Shown in pieces: positions 48,828-59,200 of a stretch of 64,000 nt of DNA (positions are counted from its first letter, which is position 1; each line of letters starts with the position of its first letter). Below the pieces are notes generated by a model that saw nothing but the letters and a program-made list of their open reading frames with translations, was not told the DNA's origin and made no database searches. The DNA is taken from assembly GCA_049516875.1 (NCBI GenBank), contig JBEKSS010000003.1, forward strand, positions 128,001 through 192,000, in the 5' to 3' direction. The position numbers were made by a program, and so were the translations under genes. This DNA comes from Candidatus Bathyarchaeia archaeon. Its GTDB lineage: Archaea > Thermoproteota > Bathyarchaeia > Bathyarchaeales > Bathycorpusculaceae.

Positions 48828-49559
48828 GTGGTTATTCGGGTTGATCTTGAGTTGTGGGCGAGAGATGCGGGGAAAGCTGTTGGCCGAGGAGACTTGATCA
48901 TTGTTATCGATGCTTTGAGGTCTGGAACGAGCGTCTTGAACGCGTTGACCAACGGTGCAGAGGCTGTGATTCCGGTAGTAAGTCTGAAAGAGGCTTACAG
49001 GCTTCGCAGTCAACATCCAGAATATCTCCTAGCGGGTGAGAGAGGGGGACACAGGCCCGAGGGCTTTGGCCTTGGAAATTCACCTTTAGAATTTACGCGT
49101 GAAAAGGTTGCTGGTAAGAGCCTGGTGATGACGACCACGAGCGGCACGGCGGCTTTGGTTAAGTCTCAGGAGGCGAGATGGGTTTTGGTTGGAGCATTCT
49201 TGAATGCTGGGGCAGTGGCGGAAAAAGCTGAGGAGATAACTGCGAAGGAAAGGGTAGGGGTGTCGTTTGTCTTGGCTGGAGAAAAAGGCGGTTTTTCTTT
49301 GGAAGACTTCCTGTGTGCAGGCGCAATCGCTGAGGGTTTTACCGCAGGGGGTGCTGGTTTTTCAGACAAGGTTCAGGCGGCGCTGTTGGCGTTCAGACAG
49401 GCAGCAAGCGATTTGACCGGAAGCGTCATGGGGGCGGAGCACGCGAAGCATTTAGTCAGACTCGGGTTCAAGGGGGACGTGGATTTTGCCTGTCAACTGA
49501 ACGTGTTGCGAACAGTGCCGATATACAGCCTTGGCAGAATAACGTTGCAAAGTAGATAA
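48828..49559 (+). CDS. comB: 2-phosphosulfolactate phosphatase family protein
   Basis: IVIDALRSGTS, LAGERGG....FGLGNSP, MTTTSGT, GAFLNA, FSLEDFLCAG. Confidence 0.9.
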   Translation: MVIRVDLELWARDAGKAVGRGDLIIVIDALRSGTSVLNALTNGAEAVIPVVSLKEAYRLRSQHPEYLLAGERGGHRPEGFGLGNSPLEFTREKVAGKSLVMTTTSGTAALVKSQEARWVLVGAFLNAGAVAEKAEEITAKERVGVSFVLAGEKGGFSLEDFLCAGAIAEGFTAGGAGFSDKVQAALLAFRQAASDLTGSVMGAEHAKHLVRLGFKGDVDFACQLNVLRTVPIYSLGRITLQSR

Positions 49560-49749
49560 TCTGCGGTGTTCAGGACCGTGATGATGTGACAGTGTGCACA
49601 GTCTGTGTTAGGACTATCTTCCTTGTTTTTCATGCGTGCAGTGGTAATTCTGACAGTGGTTGCGGTTCTTTTTTGCCATTGGCAGAAGAGGATGTGGGTA
49701 ACAAGGAGTGTTGCAATATTCCTAGTCAGTGCTGGGGCACTGGCATGAT

Positions 49750-49998
49750 TTATCTTTTGATTCTCCAGACTAGGTATACTACTGAGAAAATCAGGAACGA
49801 CGCGTCTAAGACGTTCGGGAACGATGGAAAGTAGACCCATTTGTTGAAGTACGTTGTGAATTTGAGTGCTATCCCGATCGTGCCGAAGACCATTGCCAAG
49901 AGTACGCAATCATTGAGCAGTTCTTTCCAATTTCTGTACATGGACTTCATTTTTCCACTGAGGAGCCTCTTGGTGTGCCCCGGTTTTGGTTTACACAC
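49750..49998 (-). CDS. Small 2-TM hypothetical protein
   Basis: Two hydrophobic segments and a basic end; start uncertain. Confidence 0.4.
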   Translation of the reverse strand: MCKPKPGHTKRLLSGKMKSMYRNWKELLNDCVLLAMVFGTIGIALKFTTYFNKWVYFPSFPNVLDASFLIFSVVYLVWRIKR

Positions 49999-50097
49999 TG
50001 CATATTTTAGGTTTTCATCAATCGCAGGTGTGGTTGCTGTTGTTAGAGTCAGCTTTTGTTAGACACTTATATAAAAAACTTTGTTGAGGTAGAGTGT

Positions 50098-50748
50098 TCA
50101 GGTTATCCTTGTTGCTGTTTCTATTGTGAAGCCTCTTTCTCCTATTGAGTAGGGAAGCATTCGTGTTGGAACGATGGCTCCGCTTATCTTCTTTATCATT
50201 ATGTGTCTGGAGGTGGCTTCGGTTCCCTGTGTGGTCGTGAAGACTATGACGCCGTCCGCGAAATGCTGCATTGCGGTTTCAGTTTTCCGCTGCTGCATCC
50301 CCTTGGTCAGGAGGACTAGGTGCAATTCTGCGCATTCTCTGTTCTGAGTTGACATAGAGTTGAGCAGAGTGGCTACTTCTTGGGTTTTATGCGTGAGGAC
50401 GAGTTCAGAGAGGGAGTCCACGACGACGCTTCTGTGTTGTTTCATCTCTCCTGTGATAGCGTCCATCAACGAGTCGGTTTGGGTGAAGTTGACAAACCTC
50501 CATCTTCCCGCTTTCTCCAATGATGATGTCTGCCACCCGTAAGCGGACATGTCGTCCCTGACGGAGTCTGCGGATCTCGTCACGGTGAAATACGTGATCC
50601 CAACCTCCTTGGCCCTCCAGTGGGCGACCTGTCTGGCGAAGACTTCGCTCCCTGACCCGGGTGAGCCTAAGAGCAAGAAGACTCTTGGGGGTAGGCCTCC
50701 TTGGAGGAACTCGTCGAGACCGGCGATGCCTGTTTTAAGCAGTTTCAT
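50098..50748 (-). CDS. KaiC/RAD55-like single-domain ATPase with a degenerate Walker A motif
   Basis: KTGIAGLDEFLQGGLP, GSPGSGSEVF (GKT replaced), VVDSLS, FADGVI, PYSIGERGF; divergent from the pilus operon. Confidence 0.85.
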   Translation of the reverse strand: MKLLKTGIAGLDEFLQGGLPPRVFLLLGSPGSGSEVFARQVAHWRAKEVGITYFTVTRSADSVRDDMSAYGWQTSSLEKAGRWRFVNFTQTDSLMDAITGEMKQHRSVVVDSLSELVLTHKTQEVATLLNSMSTQNRECAELHLVLLTKGMQQRKTETAMQHFADGVIVFTTTQGTEATSRHIMIKKISGAIVPTRMLPYSIGERGFTIETATRIT

Positions 50749-50851
50749 TCGTGTTCTTCCTTGTTGAAGTTTGTGACGCATTATGTTATAATGCTTTTCT
50801 ATCGGGATCTTTGGACTCGAGTAGGCTTGTTCAGAAGCGCGCTATTGTGGT

Positions 50852-50895
50852 ACTAGAGGTTAGCTCTATAGGATTAATCCTTGGCTGTTTAAATA
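50852..50895 (+). promoter_or_regulatory. Pilin promoter box copy 1 (TAGAG-N5-CTCTA plus TTTAAATA)
   Basis: 38/44 identical to 56168-56211. Confidence 0.7.
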
Positions 50896-50940
50896 ACTGC
50901 TTTGGGAAGTTGAATATGTCAAAACATGAGGAGGAGAGAA

Positions 50941-51372
50941 ATGAAAATGAAGAGTTTCAGAAGGAACAAGAAAGGAGTTTCGGATGTTATAGCCGTGCTA
51001 CTGATGATAGCAATCGCTGTCGCAGCTTCGCTCATAGCCTACGCATGGGTTATGGGATACTTGGGAGGCACAACCAACAAAGTGGGCAAGGCAATACAAA
51101 TACAAAGCATGTACTACAGCGGCACAACCTTATACGTCTACGTGCAGAACGTCGGAACTGCGCCGGTGACGTTAAGCAGTGTTTACAGAAACGGAGTTCT
51201 TGACACTACAGCTACTTTCACCAACAACAGTCCAACATTAGCAATAAACCAAACATCCATGGTAACCACTCTGGTTCCGGCCGGCTTCAATCCCACCAAC
51301 GCAGTTGACGTCAAGGTGGTTTGCAGCGACGGGACTTTCATGGAAGCCACGCAGACAATTCCAGGCTCTTAG
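50941..51372 (+). CDS. Archaeal type IV pilin (probable major pilin)
   Basis: Class III signal peptide RRNKKG|VSDVIAVLLMIAIAVAASLIAYAW; YVQNVG. Confidence 0.9.
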   Translation: MKMKSFRRNKKGVSDVIAVLLMIAIAVAASLIAYAWVMGYLGGTTNKVGKAIQIQSMYYSGTTLYVYVQNVGTAPVTLSSVYRNGVLDTTATFTNNSPTLAINQTSMVTTLVPAGFNPTNAVDVKVVCSDGTFMEATQTIPGS

Positions 51373-51395
51373 CACCAAGCAGTTGAAGTCGAAGA

Positions 51396-51420
51396 CTGAT
51401 CGGGTCATGCGACCGGTCAG
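51396..51420 (+). terminator. Stem-loop after the major pilin gene
   Basis: CTGATCGGGTC-ATGC-GACCGGTCAG followed by the pyrimidine-rich tract TTCCCCTTATTCTTT. Confidence 0.45.
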
Positions 51421-51468
51421 CTAGTTCCCCTTATTCTTTAGTCTGCACGTTAATGAATGATCGTGTAA

Positions 51469-53091
51469 ATGGAGGATTCATTGCCGTTGGCTCTTAAGGA
51501 TACGCTGAAAAAGCTGTTCGCTCGTAAAAGACCAGTTCATATTCCTAAATGGGTATCTTCGCCTCAGGCATCAATTGTAGAACCTGTTTCAAAAGTTGCA
51601 AGCACGCGTATTGAAGAACCTAACCTAGTCGAAACGTACCCACTGAACGAGCCGTACGCCTACGCAAATATTGTGCGAAATCCGACCCGTGGAAACCTAA
51701 CGTATATGGTTGACGAGCCGAAGCTCAGCCAAAACGATGTTCTTCAGCTGGAACGTTTGAAAGGCTTGTTAATGGAAGTTCTGGACGTACACATGTCGAA
51801 GTTGGAGTCGAAGGAAACGGCTAGAGGGTACCTTGGACGGAAATCCGAGGAGGTGCTGGACCACTACGACTTCAAGTTGGACAAGGCAGCCAAAGGCAGA
51901 CTTCTGTATTACATGCTCAGGGACAACCTTGGGTTCGGGAAGATAGATCCTCTGATGCATGATCCGTCCATAGAAGACATATCGTGTGACGGGACAGGAA
52001 TAAGAATCTACGTCTGGCACAGAAAATACGAGTACGTGCCTACAAACGTTCGGTTTGAAACCACGGAAGAACTCAACTCTTACGCGTTGAGACTGTCCTA
52101 CTTGTGCGGGAGCCACGTCTCGATTGCGCAGCCGATGCTGGATTCTTCGTTGCCTGATGGAAGTCGTATCCATCTGACCTACGGAACGGAGATCACGAGG
52201 AGGGGGTCTACGTTTACGATTCGGAAGTTCAAGACGGACCCGCTGACCATAATCGACTTGATAGGCTTCAACACTGTCTCGGCAGAGGTCGCTGCCTATT
52301 TCTGGTATGCAGTAGAGAACCGTGTCTCAATCATGGTTTCCGGGGGAATCGCTGCAGGAAAGACAACTATGCTCAACTGCCTCAGCATGTTCATCAAACC
52401 AGACTTAAAGATAGTTTCAATAGAGGACACGCCAGAGCTGAATCTTCCTCATGAAAACTGGATACCCGCAACCACGAGGGCGCACATCGGCCTCGGTACC
52501 GAGGCGACTGATATAGGCCTGTTCGAGCTGCTTAAGGCCTCGCTCCGGCAGAGACCGGACTACATAATCGTTGGCGAAGTTAGGGGTGCTGAAGCTTACA
52601 CGCTTTTCCAAGCGATGAGTACTGGACACCTTGGAATGTCAACTCTTCACGCCGAGTCCGTGGAATCCGCAGTTTACAGGCTTGAATCAGAGCCGATGAA
52701 CGTTCCGAGAACTCTGATTTCAGGGATAGACGTAATCACTATTCAGAAACGGGTTGAACACGTTGACAAACCGACTAGAAGGACTGTGACGACATCTGAG
52801 ATAGTCGGTCTGGACCCAAGGTCGAGGGAGATTTTGACGAATGAAGTCTACAAGTGGAACCCGGCGAAGGATGCCTTCGAATACACTGGAAGAAGTTACC
52901 TTGTGGAGAGGATAGCAGAGAAAAAGGGCATTACCACGGATGAAGCGAACGAGGAGATCCAGCGCAGATCTCGCGTACTTGAATGGATGCGTGAAGGGAA
53001 CGTGAGAAAATACATGGACGTCTCGGATGTCATAAGGCGATACTACGAGAATCCAGAACGCGTTTACAAGGAGGCGACGAATGGTGGATAA
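51469..53091 (+). CDS. Type IV pilus assembly ATPase (FlaI/TadA/VirB11-like)
   Basis: IEDISCDG, FTIRKF, GGIAAGKTT, IEDTPEL, LRQRPDYIIVGEVRG.EA, TGH...TLHA. Confidence 0.95.
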   Translation: MEDSLPLALKDTLKKLFARKRPVHIPKWVSSPQASIVEPVSKVASTRIEEPNLVETYPLNEPYAYANIVRNPTRGNLTYMVDEPKLSQNDVLQLERLKGLLMEVLDVHMSKLESKETARGYLGRKSEEVLDHYDFKLDKAAKGRLLYYMLRDNLGFGKIDPLMHDPSIEDISCDGTGIRIYVWHRKYEYVPTNVRFETTEELNSYALRLSYLCGSHVSIAQPMLDSSLPDGSRIHLTYGTEITRRGSTFTIRKFKTDPLTIIDLIGFNTVSAEVAAYFWYAVENRVSIMVSGGIAAGKTTMLNCLSMFIKPDLKIVSIEDTPELNLPHENWIPATTRAHIGLGTEATDIGLFELLKASLRQRPDYIIVGEVRGAEAYTLFQAMSTGHLGMSTLHAESVESAVYRLESEPMNVPRTLISGIDVITIQKRVEHVDKPTRRTVTTSEIVGLDPRSREILTNEVYKWNPAKDAFEYTGRSYLVERIAEKKGITTDEANEEIQRRSRVLEWMREGNVRKYMDVSDVIRRYYENPERVYKEATNGG

Positions 53092-53965
53092 CAGGCTGGT
53101 CACTTTCCTCTGGAAGTTCTCAAAGATAGTTCATCCAAGCATCGTCTCAAAACTCGGGGGGCTGGAGAAGAGTTTGGGTAAAGCCAGTGTGAGGACAGCT
53201 TTCAGGGTGTATGTCGGGTTGATGATGTTTACCTCCTTGGTCGCTGGCGTAGGTGTCTTTGCGGTGTCCTATTCTTTGCTCTTGTACGCTAATTTTCAGA
53301 TTTTGCATCCTCTCGTCGTGCCAGCTCTCGTCGGCGTCCTGGTAGGAGTTTTGTCGATGGGTGTTTACTTCATCTACCCCGGTTTTGTTGCCCGTTCGAG
53401 AGCGAGCAATATCAACGCGAACTTACCTACGATAGCAAATTTCATGTCTGTTCTGGCGAGTTCTGGAATGCCCGCTGAGAGCGTGTTTCGGTCCTTGGGC
53501 AGGGTGGGAGAAGAGTTTGGCGTCAGCAAAGAGGTCGAGGGGATCATGAGGGACATCCAGCTTATGGGCATGGACCTTCACACGGCTGTTAAAAAAGGCG
53601 CTGAGAAGTCACCTTCAAGAGGGTTTGCAGCGCTGCTGGACGGGATAGTCACGACTTCTCATATGGGAGGCGATTTGGCTCTCTATCTAGGGGAACAATC
53701 CGAAAAGTACAAACGCGAAAGAATGCTGAACGTGAAGCATTTTATTGACAACCTTGGTATAATCGCCGAGACCTACATCACCTTCATGGTGGCTGGTCCG
53801 CTCATGCTCATAATAATGCTGTCGGTAATGTCCTTCATAGGCGGCGGGATCACCATCGCGGATGTGGATCCAACGATCCTCCTGAACCTTCTGACGTTTG
53901 TTTTTCTGCCGGCTGGAGTCGGCATGATGATCCTGGTAGTCGACGGCATGAATCCGCAGAGGTGA
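53081..53965 (+). CDS. T2SSF/TadC-like pilus platform membrane protein
   Basis: TM pair, NLPTIANFMSVLASSG, MGMDL..A, SPS, GGDL, C-terminal TM segments. Confidence 0.9.
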   Translation: MVDNRLVTFLWKFSKIVHPSIVSKLGGLEKSLGKASVRTAFRVYVGLMMFTSLVAGVGVFAVSYSLLLYANFQILHPLVVPALVGVLVGVLSMGVYFIYPGFVARSRASNINANLPTIANFMSVLASSGMPAESVFRSLGRVGEEFGVSKEVEGIMRDIQLMGMDLHTAVKKGAEKSPSRGFAALLDGIVTTSHMGGDLALYLGEQSEKYKRERMLNVKHFIDNLGIIAETYITFMVAGPLMLIIMLSVMSFIGGGITIADVDPTILLNLLTFVFLPAGVGMMILVVDGMNPQR

Positions 53966-53972
53966 ACGAACG

Positions 53973-54824
53973 GTGAAAATCTCCATAAAAACAAGACAAA
54001 TTGCAGCCGCAATTTCTGTGGTCGTTGCCTTGGGCTTCTGCGTCGGGCTTTTCATCTTTCAGCCTGACACGGTCGCCGTTTTCTTCAGCGAGATATTACT
54101 TGTTGCGATTGTCATCGTGTTGGCTCCGTCGGCGATTCTCGAACACGTGAATCAGAAATGGATGAACGGTATAGAAGATCAGATGCCCGTTCTGGTGAGA
54201 GGCATCAGCGAAAGCCAAGAGACGGGTATTACCTTCATAAAGGCCATCGAGAAGGTCGTGGAGGATAAGATGATTCGTCCACCGCTTTCCGACGAAGTGA
54301 AGAAACTCACGGTTCAGATGTCTTGGGGTCTGTCTTTTGAGGATGCTCTCAAAGGGTTCAGGAACAGGATCAATTCGTCCATTGTGAACCGATTCTGCAC
54401 CCTTGTTTTGGAGGCAAGCCGTTCGGGCGGTCAGATAAGGAAGGTTTTCACGGCGACATCCGGGTTCATGGAGGATATGAGGCAGATGGATAGAGAGACG
54501 ACCTCTCAGATGAAACCCTACACCATCGTGGTCTATGCGGCATTCTTTGTTTTCGCGTTCACGTCCGTCGTCCTCGTAAGGTCTTTCTTCGCTCCGCTTC
54601 AAGGGCTTCCCCAGATACTCAGTCCTCTCAGCGTGGGAGGCGTCAGCGATTTGAAAGACTTCTTCTACAGGACCATGTTGATCTCCGCCTTGGTAGGTGG
54701 TTTGATGGCGGGGAAGATAGGTGAGCGTCGCGTTGCAGGAGGCCTGAAGCACTCCATCGTGTTGATGGTCGTGGGATACTTCATATTCTATTTCCTGATT
54801 CCACCAAACTGGGCGGGGAAGTGA
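53973..54824 (+). CDS. T2SSF/TadB-like pilus platform membrane protein
   Basis: IEDQMP..VRGISES..TG, WGLSFEDAL, EASRSGG, GLMAGKIGE....GLKH. Confidence 0.9.
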   Translation: MKISIKTRQIAAAISVVVALGFCVGLFIFQPDTVAVFFSEILLVAIVIVLAPSAILEHVNQKWMNGIEDQMPVLVRGISESQETGITFIKAIEKVVEDKMIRPPLSDEVKKLTVQMSWGLSFEDALKGFRNRINSSIVNRFCTLVLEASRSGGQIRKVFTATSGFMEDMRQMDRETTSQMKPYTIVVYAAFFVFAFTSVVLVRSFFAPLQGLPQILSPLSVGGVSDLKDFFYRTMLISALVGGLMAGKIGERRVAGGLKHSIVLMVVGYFIFYFLIPPNWAGK

Positions 54825-55247
54825 ATGAGCGGGTTGTCGAGAAACAGGAAGGCAGTTTCATCCGTCATCGGTACAATCTTGATGATTCTAGTCGTAGTCA
54901 TCGGCATGAGCATGGCGTTCGGCTATTTCGTAAACTTCGTGAAGGATTATCAAGCTGGCAGAGGCGCATCGGTGATGGAGTTGATAAGCGTCGAGGACGT
55001 CTGGTTCAAGGTCGGCGGAAACAATGTCGAGATGTGGCTCTACAACTATGGAAAGGTGGGTGTCAAGATGAGCACTTTCTACGTCGACGGTAGACAGGTC
55101 AGCCTAAACAGCGTCGACGTTCCCGTCGGCGGACATGTACCTGTGACTGTGCAAACGCAATGGCTCCCGGGCGTAACATACCATTTTAAACTGGTGACGG
55201 ACAGGGGCTCGGTTTTCGAGGGTGATTACGCATCTTCAAGCATATGA
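54825..55247 (+). CDS. Minor type IV pilin
   Basis: RNRKA|VSSVIGTILMILVVV class III signal; LYNYG; VTDRGS.F. Confidence 0.88.
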   Translation: MSGLSRNRKAVSSVIGTILMILVVVIGMSMAFGYFVNFVKDYQAGRGASVMELISVEDVWFKVGGNNVEMWLYNYGKVGVKMSTFYVDGRQVSLNSVDVPVGGHVPVTVQTQWLPGVTYHFKLVTDRGSVFEGDYASSSI

Positions 55248-55265
55248 AAATGAGGTTAGAGAAGG

Positions 55266-56144
55266 ATGAAGAGACTGTTGAAGAACCGCTCTGGCACCGC
55301 TGAGATAGTGGGAACGGTGCTGTTTCTCGTGATACTGTTCTTCTTTTTCTCCAATGTATTCCTCTGGCACAACCAGGTAACCCGAGAAATGGACCAAGTA
55401 GTCGCTGACAAGACAAACTCAGCGGTCAGAATAGAAAAGACAGTGCTCCTGGGGATACCTGTGAACAGCAGTGATTGGCGGCCATATCAGTATCTACGTG
55501 AGAGCAAGACGCCTAATGGTTATTGTCTAGTAGGGGAGACCTATACGTTTATCACGGGAGTAGATGAGGCTGAAGAGACGCTGGTCGCGGATATTCGTGT
55601 TAGCATTTATGCAAGTTACAATGACCCCTACAGCGAATCATGTTTCGTATACATTAAGGACTTTAATCAAGTGGCATGGGTGAACACGGGACTGATGATA
55701 ATGAACGGATACAGATGGTGCAACACCACTCTGTCACTTCCGGGCAGTTACATAGACACCGGAGGGAACGTCGAAATCGAGATCGCGGATGCCAGCTCGC
55801 AATTGGGTTTCAACGATACTGCACAGGGGACACTTAGCATAGCGTCCATGGACGTCTGTGCAGATTGGATAGCGCTACAGGTCACTAACATTGGCGGATC
55901 AGATGCTGCTTTGTCTCGTCTGTGGATAGTCACGGCCACAGACCATGCCTACAGAGATCTTAATGATGCATTGGTCGCTGGTGGATCGACGCGAACCATC
56001 ATGTTCACCACCGAAACCACAATGGTGGCTGATGATGCTAGCAGCTTGGTTGTCAACTATGCTCCGACAGCTGGACAGGCTACGTTTAGGGTTCTGACCA
56101 CACTGGGAAACAATGCCGCTTGTAGCATTGACTTTCCTGACTGA
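55266..56144 (+). CDS. Minor pilin-like protein
   Basis: KNRSG|TAEIVGTVLFLVIL class III-like signal; VTNIGG; LTTLGN. Confidence 0.8.
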   Translation: MKRLLKNRSGTAEIVGTVLFLVILFFFFSNVFLWHNQVTREMDQVVADKTNSAVRIEKTVLLGIPVNSSDWRPYQYLRESKTPNGYCLVGETYTFITGVDEAEETLVADIRVSIYASYNDPYSESCFVYIKDFNQVAWVNTGLMIMNGYRWCNTTLSLPGSYIDTGGNVEIEIADASSQLGFNDTAQGTLSIASMDVCADWIALQVTNIGGSDAALSRLWIVTATDHAYRDLNDALVAGGSTRTIMFTTETTMVADDASSLVVNYAPTAGQATFRVLTTLGNNAACSIDFPD

Positions 56145-56167
56145 ACAATGATCTCCAAACTCGTGCA

Positions 56168-56211
56168 ACTAGAGCTTTGCTCTATAGGTTTATTCCACGG
56201 CTGTTTAAATA
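56168..56211 (+). promoter_or_regulatory. Pilin promoter box copy 2 upstream of the adhesin
   Basis: 38/44 identical to 50852-50895. Confidence 0.7.
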
Positions 56212-56252
56212 TCGCCAGCATGAGATTGAATAATGGAAGGGGAGATATCGAA

Positions 56253-59200
56253 ATGAAAGTGAAATTCCTTGGTAAGCGCAAGAGAATTGTGCATGTTGTG
56301 AGATTTGTGAAGGCTGTTTCAACCGTTGTTGCAGTTTTGTTGATGATAGCTATCGCCGTGATCGCCTCGCTCGTGGCCTACTTCTGGGTGACGGGATACT
56401 TTAAAACAACCAGCACAAAAATCAGCAAAGCCATACAGATAGAGAATGCATACTACACTGGCCAATATCTTGGCGTCTACGTGGAGAACATCGGTCAAGG
56501 CAAAGCCACGTTAATCGCGAATCAATGCCTTTACGTTGACGGAGCACTACGAACGTCAGCAAACGTAAACCCAGGCAAACTGCAGGAGACTTCATATATG
56601 TTGCAGGAAAGCGACATCGCATTGGTGGTTGACGCTATCTCCCTGAACTTGGGTCAGACTATCAAGATTAAAATCGTCACATCTGAAGGGACTTTTGTTG
56701 AATATTCATTCACGATTAACACATTCCAGGGACAGAATCCGTATTCACTTGCCCTATTTGCTAACCCACCTGCTGGAGGCTCTGTGGCGGCGGACAACAA
56801 TGGACCCTACAGCTACGGCGACGTGGTCGAATTGACGGCTAACCCCGCTGCAGGATGGAGCTTCTCAGGCTGGAGCGGAGACGCTTCTGGGTCTACAAAC
56901 CCAATTAGCATCGTGATCAATGGCACCAATACGGTGACTGCCACTTTCACTCAGAACGAATATGCGTTGACATTGGACATAGTCGGCGGCGGTTCAGTGT
57001 CCAAGCTTCCTGACAAGGCAACCTACCATTCCGGTGATTCTGTCCAACTGCAGGCGAATGCTGCTTCGGGCTGGACTTTCTCCGGATGGAGCGGGGACTT
57101 GACTGGCACAACCAACCCAAGCTCGGTCGTCATAGATGAGACTCCAGAAGTGACTGCGACCTTCACTCAGAACCAGTACACGCTAACGGTTAATATGGAT
57201 CCATTAGGAAGCGGCCTTGTTTCATTGAACAACACTGGACCCTACTACTACGGCGATGTGGTCGAATTGACGGCTAACCCCACCGTGGGCTGGAGCTTCT
57301 CAGGCTGGAGTCAAGATCTGACTGGGTCCATGAACCCTGGTGGGCTGGAGCTTCTCAGGCTGGAGTCAAGATCTGACTGGGTCCATGAACCCTGCGACCA
57401 TTCTGATCGACGGTGGCAAGACTGTTACCGCTACCTTCACTCAGAACCAGTACACGTTAACGGTTAATGTGGATCCATTAGGAAGCGGCCTTGTTTCATT
57501 GAACAACACTGGACCCTACTACTACGGCGATGTGGTCGAATTGACGGCTAACCCCACCGTGGGCTGGAGCTTCTCAGCATGGAGCGGAGACGTGGGTGGT
57601 AGCAACAATCCCGAGAACATACTCATCGATGGGGACAAGAGTGTCAATGCAGCATTCAGTCAGCAGACACGGGTCATCCATGCTTCTGCCGGCCCTCACG
57701 GGCTCATTTCGCCTTCTGGAGACGTAACTGTCACCTACGGGGGCGACCAAGATTTCACGTTCACCCCAGAAGCGGGATACAGCGTTGAGGATGTGCTGGT
57801 TGACTTCGTATCGCAGGGTCCATCGGACTACTACAACTTCACGAACGTCGTCGCGGAACGCTGGATATCAGTCTCCTTTGTGCCGAGCACGTACACCATC
57901 ACCGCTTCTTATGGACCTGGCGGAACAATTGATCCGTCGGGATCGGTGTCCGTTGGCTATGGCAATGACCAGGCCTTTGTCATCACGCCTAACGTGGGCT
58001 TCCACATTGGAAATGTCCTGGTTGACGGTGGCTCGATAGGTGTCCCAAGCGGATACACGTTCTACTCTGTTACAGCTGATCACACGATACAAGCCTTCTT
58101 TGCTCTGGACGTGTACACGTTGACGGTCAATGTGAATCCACTAGGAGCTGGCATTGTTTCATTGAACAACACTGGGCCCTACCACTATGGCGACTGGGTT
58201 CAGCTGACTGCTAATGGCAACCCTGGCTGGAGCTTTTCAGGCTGGAGCGGGGACGCGTCTGGATCTGCGGGTTCCACAGTTATTCTTATGGACGGCGATA
58301 AGACTGTTAACGCAGCTTTCACTCAGATTGAGTACACGTTGACGGTTACCACGATTGGCAACGGCGTTGGCACCGTGACCAAGACTCCGGACCTAGCTAC
58401 ATATCACTACGGTGACAGTGTTCAACTTAACGCTGCAGCTAATGTTGGTTCCTACTTTGCAGGTTGGAGTGGCGACCTCTCTGGTATGACTAGCCCTGTC
58501 AACATTACGATAGACGGCAACAAGGCGGTAAATGCAAACTTCACCCGTACTCAGGTTCAAGTGTCGTTTGTTGCAGAGCCATCAGGAAGGGGCACGACGA
58601 GTCCAACAGGAACTCAGACATATGATTTGGGACAAACCGTTTCAATATCTGCTATTGACACCAACGCTAGCGATAGTTATGCATTCGGCTACTGGAGTGC
58701 AACAGGATCGATAACCTTCGGGAACTCATCAGCGGCATCCACGACAGCGGTCATGAACAGTGCAGGTACGATAACAGCCCACTTTAGAATCCCAACCTCA
58801 ATCAAGTGGATAAACACCCCAGCAACCTTAACCATCGGCGATACCGAGACTATCTATGGTCAACTTGTTGAATACGGCTACACCGGCTATCTGAATATCG
58901 ACAATCCGACGGCGATGAACGGCAAGACGATCTCTTTAGTCTACACGAGACCGAACGGTACCACTTTCACTAGAACCGACACAACTGGAGTTTATATTCT
59001 CTTTTGGAACGGCGTCTTCTCTGATAGCTACGTGCCCGATGCTGTTGGAACTTGGCACGTATACGCTCGTTTCGACGGAGATGGAACATTCAACGCAAGT
59101 GTGAGCACAACTGGCAGCTTCACGGTGACGCAAAGCTCGACATCGCTGACCTGCACCGTTTCCCCCACAACCATACAAATGGGCAGTACAGTAACAGTCT

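Noticed and set aside
50941-56144. Archaellum operon
   Set aside because: The subunits look like pilins rather than archaellins, there are two separate TadB/TadC-type genes rather than one FlaJ, and no FlaF/FlaG or chemotaxis genes are seen.
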